DNA of 64,000 bases from Octopus bimaculoides (lineage: Eukaryota): positions 33,587,002 to 33,651,001 of the forward strand of contig NC_069000.1 in NCBI RefSeq assembly GCF_001194135.2, given 5' to 3'. Numbering within the stretch: the stretch's first letter is position 1; each line of letters opens with the position of its first letter. Position numbers and translations under genes: made by a program. Under the pieces are notes generated by a model. That model saw only the letters and a program-made list of their open reading frames with translations. It made no database searches and had not been told where the DNA came from. Of the stretch, positions 63,708 through 64,000 are shown one piece after another.

Positions 63708-64000
63708 GTATTTATGCATATATATGTATATTTATGTATTTATGTATGTATGTATGTATGTATGTATGTAGGTGCTTAATAGTCACATTTTAATTTTGAC
63801 AGATACTTTCTTGAAATGCTATTTATTAGTAACTTAAACCCCAACTTCATGTTTAAGAGATAAAGGCTGTTTTTTCTGGGACATGTCTTGTTTGTTCAGA
63901 AAAAATATGCATTACAAGTATTCAAGATAAAAAGCAGCAATGCAAAACACATCAATGCAGAAACTGTATACATAGCACTATTAACTGCATGAAGAATTCT

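Noticed and set aside
1-64000. CRISPR arrays, rRNA or intact tRNA genes
   Set aside because: None seen; all tRNA-like boxes belong to SINE heads

Overview
AT-rich, microsatellite- and gap-ridden animal genomic DNA. The SINE/LINE repertoire looks like Octopus (cephalopod); this is inferred from recalled repeat families, not searched. Two host genes are supportable. (1) The last three coding exons of a + strand omega-class glutathione S-transferase (8826-9045, 11874-12006, 15480-15742); its N-terminal CPY/CPF exon was not found in the window. The protein ends in a canonical peroxisomal signal (-NKSKL), and its 3' flank is a degenerate tandem array of copies of its own last codons. (2) A single-coding-exon 75-aa hydrophobic protein on the - strand (41979-42206). 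The rest is transposon debris: four mariners plus MITEs, hAT, a Tc1-like fragment, Helitron pieces, RTE, R4/Dong, HERO and Penelope-like retroelements, and many tRNA-SINEs. The most striking signal is about a dozen type I minimal hammerhead-ribozyme motifs of at least six sequence families, most with a palindromic stem III. Two of them sit in ~344-353-nt tandem or terminally redundant ORF-less units (retrozyme- or Penelope pseudo-LTR-like), and one lies just downstream of a Helitron helicase stop codon. There is also an unusual density of near-perfect inverted repeats, including an 871-bp palindrome. Nearly all long ORFs in the supplied track are N-gap or microsatellite artefacts.
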